In this document: positions 18,936-29,841 of the stretch, piece by piece
How the letters are laid out: each line of letters starts with the position of its first letter
How positions within the stretch are numbered: the stretch's first letter is position 1
From: an uncultured SAR86 cluster bacterium
GTDB taxonomy: Bacteria; Pseudomonadota; Gammaproteobacteria; Magnimaribacterales; D2472
Direction: 5' to 3'
Length of the DNA: 64,000 bases
Assembly (NCBI GenBank): GCA_943789005.1
Contig: CALSSL010000002.1
Coordinates: 141,716 to 205,715, forward strand
Position numbers and translations under genes: made by a program
Notes under the pieces: generated by a model
The model's database searches: none
Told to the model about the DNA's origin: nothing
What the model saw: the letters and a program-made list of their open reading frames with translations, nothing else

Positions 18936-20342
18936 TTAAGTAAGTTTCATTGATTCAATTTTTAATTTTGTAGCTTGAAGGATTTTTTGACTCTCTTCAT
19001 CACTTTTTTCACCTAAAAGTTTATCTATTTGAATCAAGGATTTCTCTATAGAGCCCCAAGGGCCTTCTTGACTATTTCTTTCGTTTATTAAATCTTGATA
19101 TCTTTTACTAATATCTTCTGGAATATTTGAAGAATATCGGCTACATATTATTCTTTCAGCAAAAAGTCTTAAGCGATCATCTTCAAAATTTCTAGATATT
19201 TTTACCAAATGATCTAAATCATCTGACATGTGAAATTCTTGCATCAAATCTTTATCTCTATAGGATGGGAATCCTCCAGAATATATTGTTCCTTCAATAT
19301 ATTCAGATTCTGGAAAATCCATCATTCTATCTTCCATTGCTTGTGATACTTTAGATTGAAAGTCTTTATTTGATCTAACCATATCAGCCCTACGCTGTAA
19401 TTCACTAAATTCAATATCAAAAGCATTTGAATCTGTTAAAAGTTTGTAAGAGCAAATAGGTATAGTTTTGTTTATTTTATATTTTTTTAAAGGTCCATCT
19501 CTCCCTTTTGATTGAACTAGTTTATTAATCTCGGTAAAGTCTAGATCTAAAATATCTTCAGGGTCATTGTAGCCCAAGTCAAAAAAAACAATTTCATTTG
19601 GTCTGCTTGCATCGCTACCGCACATAACAACTGGGTATTTGAATGTATGTCGACTATGAATCTCACCTAAAGCCAAGAAATCATCCGAGTAAAGTAGTTC
19701 TTTTATTCCTGGTTTAGTAGAAATATTGATAAATGATTTAAATACTTCTGGTAATCTTGATTGAATAATTTTACACAGGTCAATCATGAGGTTGCAATCT
19801 GCAATTGCATCATGAGCATTGCCAGAATCAATTCCATGCTCTTTGGCTAAATGTTCTAATTTATAACTAATTCTTGGTCCGCCTTCAAATAAAGGTATAG
19901 ACACCTCATCTGAAAAAAATGCAGCGATATTATGAATCATCAACATGAGATCTAGTCTGCCATTGCCATTAGTATTGGTTGTGTAGGGTTCAAGCAAGTT
20001 CCAAAAAAACTGTCTCCTTATCAACTCTTCATCAAAGGCATGTCCATTGTATGTAATAAAAATTGAAGGATTTTCTGCAGACCATTTTTTCCATTGTAGT
20101 TGGAGGTCTTTCATCATTTGATAGTGGGAAGTATTTGAATTATAAAGGTCAATCTTTTTATTTGTAAGCATAGCCATGGGCTGAGGAATGACCCATGGTA
20201 ATGGTGCGCAGCCAATATTTTGTTCAGCTAATGTATTTAATGATTGATCAGTTAATATAGAGCCACATTGAAGTATTTGACTGAAATCTTTTTGAATTCC
20301 AGTCGTTTCTGTATCGTAGAATATTAAATTACTAGAGGACAA
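18936..20342 (-). CDS. sbcB: Exodeoxyribonuclease I
   Basis: 468 aa with an N-terminal DEDDh exonuclease motif (FYDTETTG ... HDAIADC) and the SH3-like/helical C-terminal domains typical of ExoI. Confidence 0.9.
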   Translation of the reverse strand: MSSSNLIFYDTETTGIQKDFSQILQCGSILTDQSLNTLAEQNIGCAPLPWVIPQPMAMLTNKKIDLYNSNTSHYQMMKDLQLQWKKWSAENPSIFITYNGHAFDEELIRRQFFWNLLEPYTTNTNGNGRLDLMLMIHNIAAFFSDEVSIPLFEGGPRISYKLEHLAKEHGIDSGNAHDAIADCNLMIDLCKIIQSRLPEVFKSFINISTKPGIKELLYSDDFLALGEIHSRHTFKYPVVMCGSDASRPNEIVFFDLGYNDPEDILDLDFTEINKLVQSKGRDGPLKKYKINKTIPICSYKLLTDSNAFDIEFSELQRRADMVRSNKDFQSKVSQAMEDRMMDFPESEYIEGTIYSGGFPSYRDKDLMQEFHMSDDLDHLVKISRNFEDDRLRLFAERIICSRYSSNIPEDISKRYQDLINERNSQEGPWGSIEKSLIQIDKLLGEKSDEESQKILQATKLKIESMKLT

Positions 20343-21563
20343 TTATTTGGCCATGTGTTTACCAAGCTCAAGCCTGGCCACTGCTCTTCTATGAACTTCA
20401 TCTGGTCCATCAGCTAATCTTAATGTTCTAATATGAGCATACATAGATGCTAATGGTGTTAACTGAGAAACGCCCTCGCCTCCATGCATTTGAATAGCTC
20501 TATCAATTATCTTTAATACTACATTTGGAACATAAACTTTAATTTGTGCAATTTCACTAGCTGCAATTTTATTGCCTACTGTGTCCATTTTATGAGCAGC
20601 ATCAAGTGTTAAAAGTCTGGCAGCATTTAATTCAATTCTTGACTCAGCTATATAATCAAAATTAGCGCCTAAGTTAGCTATATTTTTACCAAAAGGCATC
20701 TTGGTTGGATCAATGCCTCTCTTGCACATTAAATCAATAGCTCTCTCTCCAACTCCTATAGTTCTCATACAGTGATGAATTCTTCCAGGACCTAAACGCC
20801 CTTGAGCAATCTCAAACCCTCTCCCTTCACCTAGTAAGAGATTATCTTTTGGTATTCTTACATTATTAAATTTTATATGGGCATGTCCGTGAGGTGCATC
20901 ATCATAACCAAAGACATGCATCATTTGCTTGATTTCTATACCTTCAGATTCCATAGGTACTAGCATCATAGAATGTCTTTGATGTTTAGCTGCATCAGGA
21001 TTAGTAACGGCCATAAATATAATTATTTTACATCTTGGGTCTCCGGCGCCAGATGTCCACCATTTCTCACCATTAATTACGTATTCATCTCCATCTAAGA
21101 CTGCAGATGCTTGCATATTTGTGGCATCAGAGGAAGCAACTCCAGGCTCTGTCATTCCAAAAGCAGATCTTATCTCACCATCAAGAAGCGGTTGAAGCCA
21201 TTCTTTTTGATGATCCTCATTACCATATCTAGCAATAACTTCCATATTTCCTGTATCTGGAGCCTGACAATTCATTGCTTCTGATGCAATATGACAAGTT
21301 CCCATAGCTTCTGCTAAATGAGCATATTCATAATTCGTTAAACCTGCACCAAATTCACTTTCAGGTAAAAATAAATTCCATAAACCAAGTGACTTTGCCT
21401 TATCTTTTAACTCATTCATTATTGGTGGATACGAATTCCATCTATCCTCGCCATCTTGAATTTGTTCATGAAAAGTGTGCTCAACTGGAACACATTCTTT
21501 TTCAATAAAGTCTTTTACTCTTGATATAAGATCTTCAGCCTCTGGTCGTAATTTAGGTAACAT
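20343..21563 (-). CDS. Acyl-CoA dehydrogenase family protein
   Basis: 406 aa with ACAD N, middle and C domains ([31 protein letters not shown]). Confidence 0.9.
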   Translation of the reverse strand: MLPKLRPEAEDLISRVKDFIEKECVPVEHTFHEQIQDGEDRWNSYPPIMNELKDKAKSLGLWNLFLPESEFGAGLTNYEYAHLAEAMGTCHIASEAMNCQAPDTGNMEVIARYGNEDHQKEWLQPLLDGEIRSAFGMTEPGVASSDATNMQASAVLDGDEYVINGEKWWTSGAGDPRCKIIIFMAVTNPDAAKHQRHSMMLVPMESEGIEIKQMMHVFGYDDAPHGHAHIKFNNVRIPKDNLLLGEGRGFEIAQGRLGPGRIHHCMRTIGVGERAIDLMCKRGIDPTKMPFGKNIANLGANFDYIAESRIELNAARLLTLDAAHKMDTVGNKIAASEIAQIKVYVPNVVLKIIDRAIQMHGGEGVSQLTPLASMYAHIRTLRLADGPDEVHRRAVARLELGKHMAK

Positions 21564-21708
21564 TATAATTTAACTCCCTATATACACTAATATTTGGTAC
21601 CATTATAAGTGTGATGAATAATACAATTTACTATTACTCCTATAATAGCTTTATGTTCCAACCAAAGCTATACGCACTTTTGCATTACTACCATATAAAT
21701 TAAGAGCT

Positions 21709-22611
21709 ATGAAAATAAGTACCTTTGATTTAAATCTATTTGTTATATTAAATGCAATTTATACTGAAGGAAGTCTAACAAAGGCTGCTGAAGTTGTTGG
21801 CATAACTCAACCCGCTGTAAGTAATGCGTTATCACGTTTACGTGAAAAATTTGGTGACGATCTTTTTATTAGGACTGGTACAGGAATGGTTCCAACACAA
21901 AAAACAGAAAATATTATAAATGATATTCAAAGCGCATTAACCCTTATGCAGCAAAGTGTTAATGAACCAGATACCTTTGATGCAAATAAAACCTCAAGAA
22001 CTTTTAAATTATCTCTAGGAGATATTTCTGAAGGAAGAGTCTTGCCTTTTATTATGAAAGAAATTGATCAACATGCAAAATATATTTCTGTTGGAAGTTA
22101 TTCATACAAAAGAAGTGATCAAGTTCATGCTTTAGCTACCCATAATTTAGATTTTGTTGTAGATCCAATCATTCCTATTTCTGATGAAATAAATTCATAC
22201 AAGGTATTTGAAGATGACTTTGTGGCAATTCATAGAGAAAATCACCTATTGTCTCAAATAAATAATCCATCAATTGATGATATTCTTGCCCAAAAGCACT
22301 TACATGTTTCTAGTCGAAGAACCGGCTCACATTTAATTGATGTAGAGCTTGATAAAATTGGGCACAGTCGAAATGTAGCCTTAAGATGTCAACATTTTTT
22401 AATTGCCCCAACAATTATCAAATCAACTGATTTAGTTCTATTCGCAACAAGAAGCTTTGCAAAAGCACATGACCTTCCTTTTATTGAAATACCTGCAGAA
22501 ATTCCTTCTATGGAGTATTTCTTAATATGGCATAAGAGTGATGAAGGTGACGGCGGTCATATCTGGATGAAAGATCTAATAATCAAAGCTTTTGTTGAAG
22601 CAAAAAAATAA
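21709..22611 (+). CDS. LysR-family transcriptional regulator
   Basis: N-terminal wHTH (LNLFVILNAIYTEGSLTKAAEVVGITQPAVSNALSRLRE) and a LysR substrate-binding domain. Divergent from the ACAD gene. Confidence 0.9.
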   Translation: MKISTFDLNLFVILNAIYTEGSLTKAAEVVGITQPAVSNALSRLREKFGDDLFIRTGTGMVPTQKTENIINDIQSALTLMQQSVNEPDTFDANKTSRTFKLSLGDISEGRVLPFIMKEIDQHAKYISVGSYSYKRSDQVHALATHNLDFVVDPIIPISDEINSYKVFEDDFVAIHRENHLLSQINNPSIDDILAQKHLHVSSRRTGSHLIDVELDKIGHSRNVALRCQHFLIAPTIIKSTDLVLFATRSFAKAHDLPFIEIPAEIPSMEYFLIWHKSDEGDGGHIWMKDLIIKAFVEAKK

Positions 22612-22622
22612 AAGAATTTTTT

Positions 22623-23420
22623 TTAACCTAAATTATGACCACCTGTTTTAACTATTCCTCCATCTGAAGCAATGGTCTCACCTACAACATAAGCCCCTGC
22701 TCTAGAACACAAGAAAATTGTCAAGCCAGCAACATCTTCAGGGCTACCTATTCTTTTTCTTGGATTTCTTCTTTCAATTTCTGAATAATCTGAATTCACT
22801 GCTGAGCCTAGCATTGCACTTGGATAGGGTCCAGGAGCAATAGCGTTAACTGTAATATTTTCTGATACAAGCTGCGATGCAAGATGTCTTGTCAAGTGAT
22901 GGACGGCTGATTTAGATGCACTGTAAGAGAAAGTTGGAAATGCAGGAACATCTAGACCATCAATGGAGCCAATATTGATAACTCTAGATGGATCTTCTAG
23001 TGATGCTCTCACAACAAGCAATGATTTCATTTTTTGAGTTAGAAAAAAGAGACTCTTTACATTTAGATCCATGACTTTGTCCCAGCCACTTTCTGAAAAA
23101 CTCTCAAAAGGCTCTCCCCATGCAGCACCAGCATTGTTAACAAGATAATCTATTCCTTCTTCTTTTTCTGCTATCAGACTTACAAGCGAATCTATACCCT
23201 CCATAGTGCTTAGATCACAAGGAAAAGCTATACATTCTGCATCATACTTCTCAGATAACTCTTTAGCTTTTTCAATAAGTGCAGGAGCTTTTCTTGCGGT
23301 AATATACACTTTTGCACCATTTGCTAAAAATCCAGCAGTAATCATCTCTCCAATGCCTCTAGAACCACCTGTAACAACTGCAACCTTATTTTTAACACTA
23401 AATAAATTACTTATTTCCAT
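22623..23420 (-). CDS. Short-chain dehydrogenase/reductase (SDR)
   Basis: TGGSRGIG cofactor motif, NNAG, and the catalytic YSASK. Confidence 0.9.
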   Translation of the reverse strand: MEISNLFSVKNKVAVVTGGSRGIGEMITAGFLANGAKVYITARKAPALIEKAKELSEKYDAECIAFPCDLSTMEGIDSLVSLIAEKEEGIDYLVNNAGAAWGEPFESFSESGWDKVMDLNVKSLFFLTQKMKSLLVVRASLEDPSRVINIGSIDGLDVPAFPTFSYSASKSAVHHLTRHLASQLVSENITVNAIAPGPYPSAMLGSAVNSDYSEIERRNPRKRIGSPEDVAGLTIFLCSRAGAYVVGETIASDGGIVKTGGHNLG

Positions 23421-23543
23421 AATAGTCTCCCTTTAACTTAGAGCATTATTATATATTGAATAGTTTGAAATATTGGCTTTAATAATGTTTCTAAATACGT
23501 TTATTAATGAGCATAATATATCAGTATATAAATGTTAGAATGA

Positions 23544-24497
23544 GTGATGATTCTTTATAATCTTTTTGGTTTGTTTGTTGCTTTGGCAGTTCTTGTCTGG
23601 GGGGCTGACAAATTTGTTGATAATGCTTCATTGATTGCAAAAAAGTTTGGCCTAAGTGAGCTAACAATTGGGTTAACTATAGTTGCACTTGGAACTTCAG
23701 CTCCAGAAATATTTGTAGGCATTTCATCAGTATTAAATAGAACTGAAGCTATTGCTATGGGAACTGTTCTTGGATCCAATATATCAAATATTGCTCTGAT
23801 TTTTGGGGTATCGTGTATAGGAATCTCGATTAGACCTGCTAAAACAAACCCTATTCAATTTTTACCATTTATTCTCGGTGTAATTATTTTGGGCCTTGGT
23901 CTTCTTGATTTAAAAATTACTAAAGGTGAAAGTATAGAATTTCTATTTCTCTTTGCTGCTTTTATGTATATAACTTATGTTTTTAGAACCCCAGATACTA
24001 ATAACAATGAAGAGCATCATTTAGAGATAAATACTATAAAGACAATAATATTTTTGGTTATTGGGCTTCTAGCATTAATTATTGGCTCTAACTATGCTGT
24101 GGTTAATGCAGAAAAAATAGCAGTCATACTAAAGGTACCTCAAGTGATAATAGGTCTAACAATAATTGCTATTGGGACTAGCTTGCCAGAGCTGGCTGCA
24201 ACTATTTCAGCAATAATTAAGAAGAAGAATGACATGGTAATTGGGAATGTTATTGGCTCAAATGTAATGAACATTGCTTTGGTTGTTCCAATTATTGGAA
24301 TATTTTCAGACACAACTTTTGAGGCAAGCATCCTCTCAAGAGATTTTTTAATTTTGGCAATAGTGTCAGTTTTATTTGTTTTAATTGCTTGGGGTTATTC
24401 TTCTTCAAAAGTAAATCTTAAATTTATAAGGTTTGTTGGATTTACTTTTCTTTTAGGCTATTTGGCCTATATCTTAAATTTAAGCAACTTGATCTAA
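23544..24497 (+). CDS. Ca2+/Na+ antiporter, CaCA (YrbG) family
   Basis: 317 aa with two alpha-repeats (GTSAPE and GTSLPE). Confidence 0.9.
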   Translation: MMILYNLFGLFVALAVLVWGADKFVDNASLIAKKFGLSELTIGLTIVALGTSAPEIFVGISSVLNRTEAIAMGTVLGSNISNIALIFGVSCIGISIRPAKTNPIQFLPFILGVIILGLGLLDLKITKGESIEFLFLFAAFMYITYVFRTPDTNNNEEHHLEINTIKTIIFLVIGLLALIIGSNYAVVNAEKIAVILKVPQVIIGLTIIAIGTSLPELAATISAIIKKKNDMVIGNVIGSNVMNIALVVPIIGIFSDTTFEASILSRDFLILAIVSVLFVLIAWGYSSSKVNLKFIRFVGFTFLLGYLAYILNLSNLI

Positions 24498-24890
24498 TTT
24501 TTTAAAAGATCTTAAAAACCATAGCCCTAAAAGGCATGCAATTATCTCAAATATAAAAAAAGTATTAAAGAAACTTGGGGTGGCTGGAATGAAAGAATAT
24601 ATCACTCTTCCTGATGCTATCGATCCTGTTAAGAAAGTTAGAAATTGAATTGAAAATACCCCTACTTCCTCTTTAAAAAGACCAAGTAAGCACATGAAAC
24701 CTATACATATATTAAGTCCCCCATATAATCCTGCAATCTCTGAATAACCAATTTCAGAGGTTACACTTAGTCCAACAGCCTCCATGAATGACGGCAATGA
24801 GTCAAATAGTGAATCAAAAATTGCCCAAACACCAATGGCAAGATAAATTAAACCCATCAAAAATAAATATAATCTAACAATCCATAACAT
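24480..24890 (-). CDS. Small 4-TM membrane protein of unknown function
   Basis: 136-aa hydrophobic ORF that convergently overlaps the antiporter end. Confidence 0.55.
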   Translation of the reverse strand: MLWIVRLYLFLMGLIYLAIGVWAIFDSLFDSLPSFMEAVGLSVTSEIGYSEIAGLYGGLNICIGFMCLLGLFKEEVGVFSIQFLTFLTGSIASGRVIYSFIPATPSFFNTFFIFEIIACLLGLWFLRSFKKLDQVA

Positions 24891-24922
24891 TTTAATTCTC
24901 CATTATCTTTTAATATTGTAAT

Positions 24923-25435
24923 ATGCTTTATATGATTTTAAATATAATTAAATATTGTTCTTTTTTTTATATCATTATTTTTCCATTAACCATGACTGCT
25001 AATAATATAAACATACCCTCCAATGAAGTCTTGGAGATGCCATTACCCCTTCCTTACAATGGAGAAATATACTCTGAGAATGATGTTGAAGAATTTTTAA
25101 ACAATACTATCAAAAAATCAAAGCAACCTATAATTATATTTGGCGGAAACTGGTGTCCTGATTGCAGAATACTGGATGGAACTCTTCAACTTCCAACTAT
25201 AAAAAAATATATGGATAGCTACTATAGAATCATGCATATAGATGTTGGTAGATATGATAAGAATATGAATCTAATTAGTTACTTCAATATACCAAAAGAA
25301 GAAGGTGTTCCTAGAGTTCTTGTTTTTGATAAAAATAAAAATATTCTAAACATGGACTCTACCAAAGAATGGACAACTGCAAGAGACCGGAAGCAGCAAG
25401 AAATATTTAACTATTTCCAGTCACTAATTCAATAA
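24923..25435 (+). CDS. Exported thioredoxin-fold protein (CxxC)
   Basis: Hydrophobic N-terminus and a GGNWCPDCR redox motif. Confidence 0.7.
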   Translation: MLYMILNIIKYCSFFYIIIFPLTMTANNINIPSNEVLEMPLPLPYNGEIYSENDVEEFLNNTIKKSKQPIIIFGGNWCPDCRILDGTLQLPTIKKYMDSYYRIMHIDVGRYDKNMNLISYFNIPKEEGVPRVLVFDKNKNILNMDSTKEWTTARDRKQQEIFNYFQSLIQ

Positions 25436-25438
25436 TTA

Positions 25439-26212
25439 TCAGTATTTAAAATGTTTTATTTCTTCGCCGCTTTGGCCTATATCTGTCATTGCTTTTATAC
25501 CAATTTCTAAATGGAGATCTACCCACTTTTGAGTGACTTCTTTATCAGAGGTTTCTGTTTTAACTCCCTCTGGAGTTAAAGGCACATCAGATACTAGTAA
25601 TAAAGCTCCTCTTGCTATCTCGTTATAGTGCCCAACAGAAAAAACAGTCGCTGTCTCCATGTCAACACCAATAGCAGTAGTCTTTTTTAACCTCTTAAGA
25701 AAACGTTTATCGTGCTCCCACACTCTTCTATTTGTAGTAAAAATTACACCCGTTCTATAGTCGCTATTTTTTTCAATGATAATATCTGAAACAAACTTAT
25801 GTAATTTAAATGATGGGAGTGCAGGAACCTCCGGTGGAAAATAATCATTAGATGTTCCATCGCCTCTAATGGCACCAATTGGAAGAATAAAGTTACCAAT
25901 CTCTGATGAGTCCTTTAAACCACCACACTTACCTAAGAAAAGAACTCCTTTAGGAGCTACAGCAACTAATAAATCCATAATTGTTGCAGCGTTGGGAGAG
26001 CCAATACCATAATTAATTATTGTTAAGCCATCACTATTGGTTGAGGCTTGCATTGCTCTTCCTTCACCATAAATTTCTGAAGAGAACCTTTCTGAAAATT
26101 TAGTTACGTAATCTTTAAAATTGGTGATAAGAATATATTCACCAAATCGTTCTAATGGCATTCCAGTGTATCTAGGAAGCCAATTTTTTGCTATTTCTAA
26201 TTTTGTATCCAT
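25439..26212 (-). CDS. Nucleoside phosphorylase-family protein (short AMP nucleosidase-like)
   Basis: 257 aa with the PNP_UDP_1 pattern (GIGSPNAA, GKCGGL, VGVDMETA). The N-terminus NWLPRYTG...LTNF resembles the Amn catalytic domain. Confidence 0.65.
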   Translation of the reverse strand: MDTKLEIAKNWLPRYTGMPLERFGEYILITNFKDYVTKFSERFSSEIYGEGRAMQASTNSDGLTIINYGIGSPNAATIMDLLVAVAPKGVLFLGKCGGLKDSSEIGNFILPIGAIRGDGTSNDYFPPEVPALPSFKLHKFVSDIIIEKNSDYRTGVIFTTNRRVWEHDKRFLKRLKKTTAIGVDMETATVFSVGHYNEIARGALLLVSDVPLTPEGVKTETSDKEVTQKWVDLHLEIGIKAMTDIGQSGEEIKHFKY

Positions 26213-26260
26213 CCATCATTATAACAATAGATAAATTTATGTGAAAAAATAATTTTTAAA

Positions 26261-27517
26261 TTATTTAAACTGTTTGGTAGCGCTCGCAAAAATTAAATAA
26301 AAAGTCCCGCCAAAAATTAAAACAGCAGAACATATATGAAATATTAAAGGCCATGAACCTGTAAGTTCAAGAATAAAACCTGCAACTAAAGGGCTTATTA
26401 TTGCCGCTATCATACCAATACTTCCAGCGATACCAAAAAGCGTACCAGTATGATTTGGGCTTAGATCTGCATGATTTACACCAAAGCCTCCAGCGCCTAT
26501 TCCACTAAATAAATTAGTAATACATAGCAAGATAACAATGAATATATGTGATTCTTGAAGTGGAACCAAAAATAAACAAAAAGCAGCTCCAAAGAAACCT
26601 ATTGTATTTACAGTTTTTCTAACCTTAATAACTTTATATCCATTTTTTATTAAGGAGTCAGCTAAATAACCTCCTGAAATAAGAGCTACTACTGAAACAA
26701 TGCTTGGAATAAGAATCATTAATATAAAAGCAGATGAATCTAAACTCACTCCTAAACTATTAACAAACTTGGGTAAATAAGATAAAAAAGTAAATAAAGC
26801 CCAATTATTACAAAATGTTGCAATAGAAATCGATAGAAAAGGAAGATTTCTTAACAAACTCGATAATGGAATTTTTGATGCGATTGAGTTAGCGGGTGCT
26901 TCATTTTTAATGAGTGTTAATTCCTCATATGTGATTTTTTTATCCTGATGAGGGTATGCGTAAATATATCTTTGCCAGAAAAAGAACCAAATTACGCCAA
27001 GCGCACCAAAAGAATAAAATACCCACTCCCATGAATAAGATGCAATTATTAGAGCTGAAATAATATAGGCAAATATTGTGCCAATAGGTATACCACTATT
27101 AGTAATTGCTACAGCTCTAGTTCTTTCTTTGAATGGTATCCAGTGGGCATACATAGAATGCCATGATGGAAAAGTTATTCCTTCCCCCAAACCTATTAAT
27201 ACTCTTATAAAAAGCAACGCAAGAAAACCATTGTAAGAAAATACTGGGGTTAGTATTGTAAATAGTGACCATAATAATACCCCAATACCTAAAACTACCT
27301 TACCTCCATATTTATCAGCTAAAAATCCTCCAAGAGCCATTGAGATAAAATAACCGAAATAAAAAATAGAAAAAATAATGCCAACCTGAGCTTCGTTCCA
27401 CCCAAATTGTTCTTGCATTGGGATGATGGCCACTGAAATATTTATACGATCAATGTAGCAAATAAAAACAGCCAGAAATGACATAAAGACCAGCCTAAAT
27501 CTAGCAGGCATTATCAT
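26261..27517 (-). CDS. MFS transporter (anion:cation symporter / SLC17-like)
   Basis: 418 aa, 12 predicted TM helices, DRINISVA and GGFLADKYGGK motifs. Confidence 0.85.
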   Translation of the reverse strand: MIMPARFRLVFMSFLAVFICYIDRINISVAIIPMQEQFGWNEAQVGIIFSIFYFGYFISMALGGFLADKYGGKVVLGIGVLLWSLFTILTPVFSYNGFLALLFIRVLIGLGEGITFPSWHSMYAHWIPFKERTRAVAITNSGIPIGTIFAYIISALIIASYSWEWVFYSFGALGVIWFFFWQRYIYAYPHQDKKITYEELTLIKNEAPANSIASKIPLSSLLRNLPFLSISIATFCNNWALFTFLSYLPKFVNSLGVSLDSSAFILMILIPSIVSVVALISGGYLADSLIKNGYKVIKVRKTVNTIGFFGAAFCLFLVPLQESHIFIVILLCITNLFSGIGAGGFGVNHADLSPNHTGTLFGIAGSIGMIAAIISPLVAGFILELTGSWPLIFHICSAVLIFGGTFYLIFASATKQFK

Positions 27518-27620
27518 TATTTAAGAAAAGATGGCATCAGAATTACATCTTAGCAGTATTTTTATCCATAGATATATAAGCTTAAATTGACACTCGTAAG
27601 CCTTTATTTGCCTAAGTATA

Positions 27621-28904
27621 TTATTTTTGCTTTTTAAGCCTAGCCTCAAGTTTGTCTAAGGCTAAATTTCCAGGCGATCCCTCTGAATAATCTTTTGAAT
27701 TAGATTGAGCATAGCTTGATAAATCACCAGAATTTTTTATTAAATTATATGCATCTCTAAAAGGTTTTCCTTGAGCAACTAGAGCATAAACTTTATCGGT
27801 CATTTTCATCTCTTCATCTATATAAGCAATTGATTTTGATTTGTTTACTTTAATGGAACCTATTAATTTTGGAAGAATATTTAATGATTTAAGGGAGATA
27901 TCAAAGCTTGATATTAAACTTCTTTTTGTTAATTGAAGATCTCTTTGGTAGCCACTTGGAAGTGAAAGAAGGTTCTCAAGTTCTGAAGCTTGACCTGCAA
28001 GTATAGAGTAATTAGCTCTGAGAATTTCTATTACATCAGGATTATGTTTATTAGGCATAATAGAAGAGCCTGTGAGGTATGCTTTATCAATTTTTAGTAA
28101 ATCAAATTCTTGAGATAGAAATAAACTCATATCCCACGAAAACTTTCTTACATCCAGCATTGACTGTTTTAATGTATTTATTATTTGCATTTCATATTTA
28201 CCTCTGCTGTTTTGAATATACAAACTATTTATTTGGGTTCTCTTAAATCCTAGCTCTTTTGTTGTCAGCTTTCTGTCTAAAGGTAGTGACACTCCATAAC
28301 CAGCAGCGCTTCCAAGAGGGTTTGAGTCTATCCACTCTATAGTGCTATTTATTAAATCAACATTATCAATAAATGACTCAGCATAAGATGCAAACCAAAG
28401 ACCCCATGAGGATGGCATTGCCCTTTGAAGATGGGTATAACCAGGCATTGGATTGTTTTCATGTTTTTTTGCCTTTCTCAGCAAAACCCTTGCAATAGAT
28501 TTATTAGATTTCTTGCAATCCATTAGATTTTTTTTAGCAAAAAGTCTCATTGCCACAAGAACTTGATCGTTTCTACTTCTACCTGTATGAACTTTTTTAC
28601 CTAGCTCTCCAAGTTCTTTTATTAAATAAAATTCAATAGCTGAATGACAGTCTTCATATTTCTCAGTTAATTTAAAGGATTTATTTAAAAATTTTAGTCT
28701 TAACTCTTTTAACGATTTAATTAATTTAGCTAATTCAATTTTTTTTATAACACCTATAGAGGCTAGACCTTTGATGTGAGCGATTGTTGCATCAATATCA
28801 TATATAAAGATAGATTTATCTAGCTCAATGTCTTCACCAGCCAAAAATGATGCTATCTCATATGAAGACTCAACACCTTTTGTATTCCATATTTTTTTAC
28901 TCAT
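27621..28904 (-). CDS. argH: Argininosuccinate lyase
   Basis: 427 aa, fumarate-lyase superfamily (TGRSRNDQV, GYTHLQRA, GSSIMPNKHNPD). Confidence 0.93.
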   Translation of the reverse strand: MSKKIWNTKGVESSYEIASFLAGEDIELDKSIFIYDIDATIAHIKGLASIGVIKKIELAKLIKSLKELRLKFLNKSFKLTEKYEDCHSAIEFYLIKELGELGKKVHTGRSRNDQVLVAMRLFAKKNLMDCKKSNKSIARVLLRKAKKHENNPMPGYTHLQRAMPSSWGLWFASYAESFIDNVDLINSTIEWIDSNPLGSAAGYGVSLPLDRKLTTKELGFKRTQINSLYIQNSRGKYEMQIINTLKQSMLDVRKFSWDMSLFLSQEFDLLKIDKAYLTGSSIMPNKHNPDVIEILRANYSILAGQASELENLLSLPSGYQRDLQLTKRSLISSFDISLKSLNILPKLIGSIKVNKSKSIAYIDEEMKMTDKVYALVAQGKPFRDAYNLIKNSGDLSSYAQSNSKDYSEGSPGNLALDKLEARLKKQK

Positions 28905-29841
28905 AATATATCCCAGTTAATTCCTTTAAATTACATGCATAATTTAAATTTTGAATGGCCTGCGTTGCAGCTCCTTTGAGCAGGTTGTCCAAGGTGCAGC
29001 ATACAACTAATCCTAATCCATCTTCATCTATGTCGAATCCGCCGATATTAACAAAATGGCTATTTGATATTTCGTTAATCATTGGTATCTCTTTGCTAAT
29101 TTTTATTAGCTTATAGTCCTGATAATAGTCTTTATAAATATCATATATCTCAGAATTTGTATGCTTGGTCTTCAGCTTAATGTGTGAGGTGATAAGAATA
29201 CCTCTAAAAAAATTTCCGACGTGAGGGCTGAATGCAAGATCATTATAGCAGTGCCTTCTAACTTCATCTTCGTGCAGATGCCCTGAAAGAGAATAAGGCA
29301 TAATATTATCTTTTAAATTCCCTGGATTATTTTTTTCATTAGGAGTTGCGCCAGCTCCGCTGTATCCTGAAATGCCCATACTGCTGACTTTTCCACTAAT
29401 GATATTTTTAATTGGAAATAAAGAAAACTGGATTGCAGATGCATAGCATCCAGGATTACTAATTCTATTTTTTTTTACTGGTTTACAAATTTCAGGAATG
29501 CTATATGTCCAATTATCACTAAATCTATGATCAGCGCTTAAATCAATAATGATCATATTTGAGTTGTATTCTTCAATTTTTTTTACATACTTATGAGATT
29601 TATCATTAGGAAGAGCCATGATTACAATATCTATATCTGATAGATCAATCATTTCTGGTTCATCTAAGTAGCCATATTCCAAATTTGATAATTTTGTATA
29701 CTCTTTAATGCTTTCACCTGCTGCATTTTTAGAAAATACTTTTGATAAGATAAAGTTGGGATGGTTATTTAAAATGACAATAATCTCTTGGCCCACGTAA
29801 CCTCTGCCACCTAACAAAGCAATATTATATTTATTATTCAT
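28897..29841 (-). CDS. argC: N-acetyl-gamma-glutamyl-phosphate reductase
   Basis: 314 aa with GGRGYVGQE and the active-site NPGCYA. It overlaps argAB and argH by 8 nt each. Confidence 0.9.
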   Translation of the reverse strand: MNNKYNIALLGGRGYVGQEIIVILNNHPNFILSKVFSKNAAGESIKEYTKLSNLEYGYLDEPEMIDLSDIDIVIMALPNDKSHKYVKKIEEYNSNMIIIDLSADHRFSDNWTYSIPEICKPVKKNRISNPGCYASAIQFSLFPIKNIISGKVSSMGISGYSGAGATPNEKNNPGNLKDNIMPYSLSGHLHEDEVRRHCYNDLAFSPHVGNFFRGILITSHIKLKTKHTNSEIYDIYKDYYQDYKLIKISKEIPMINEISNSHFVNIGGFDIDEDGLGLVVCCTLDNLLKGAATQAIQNLNYACNLKELTGIYYE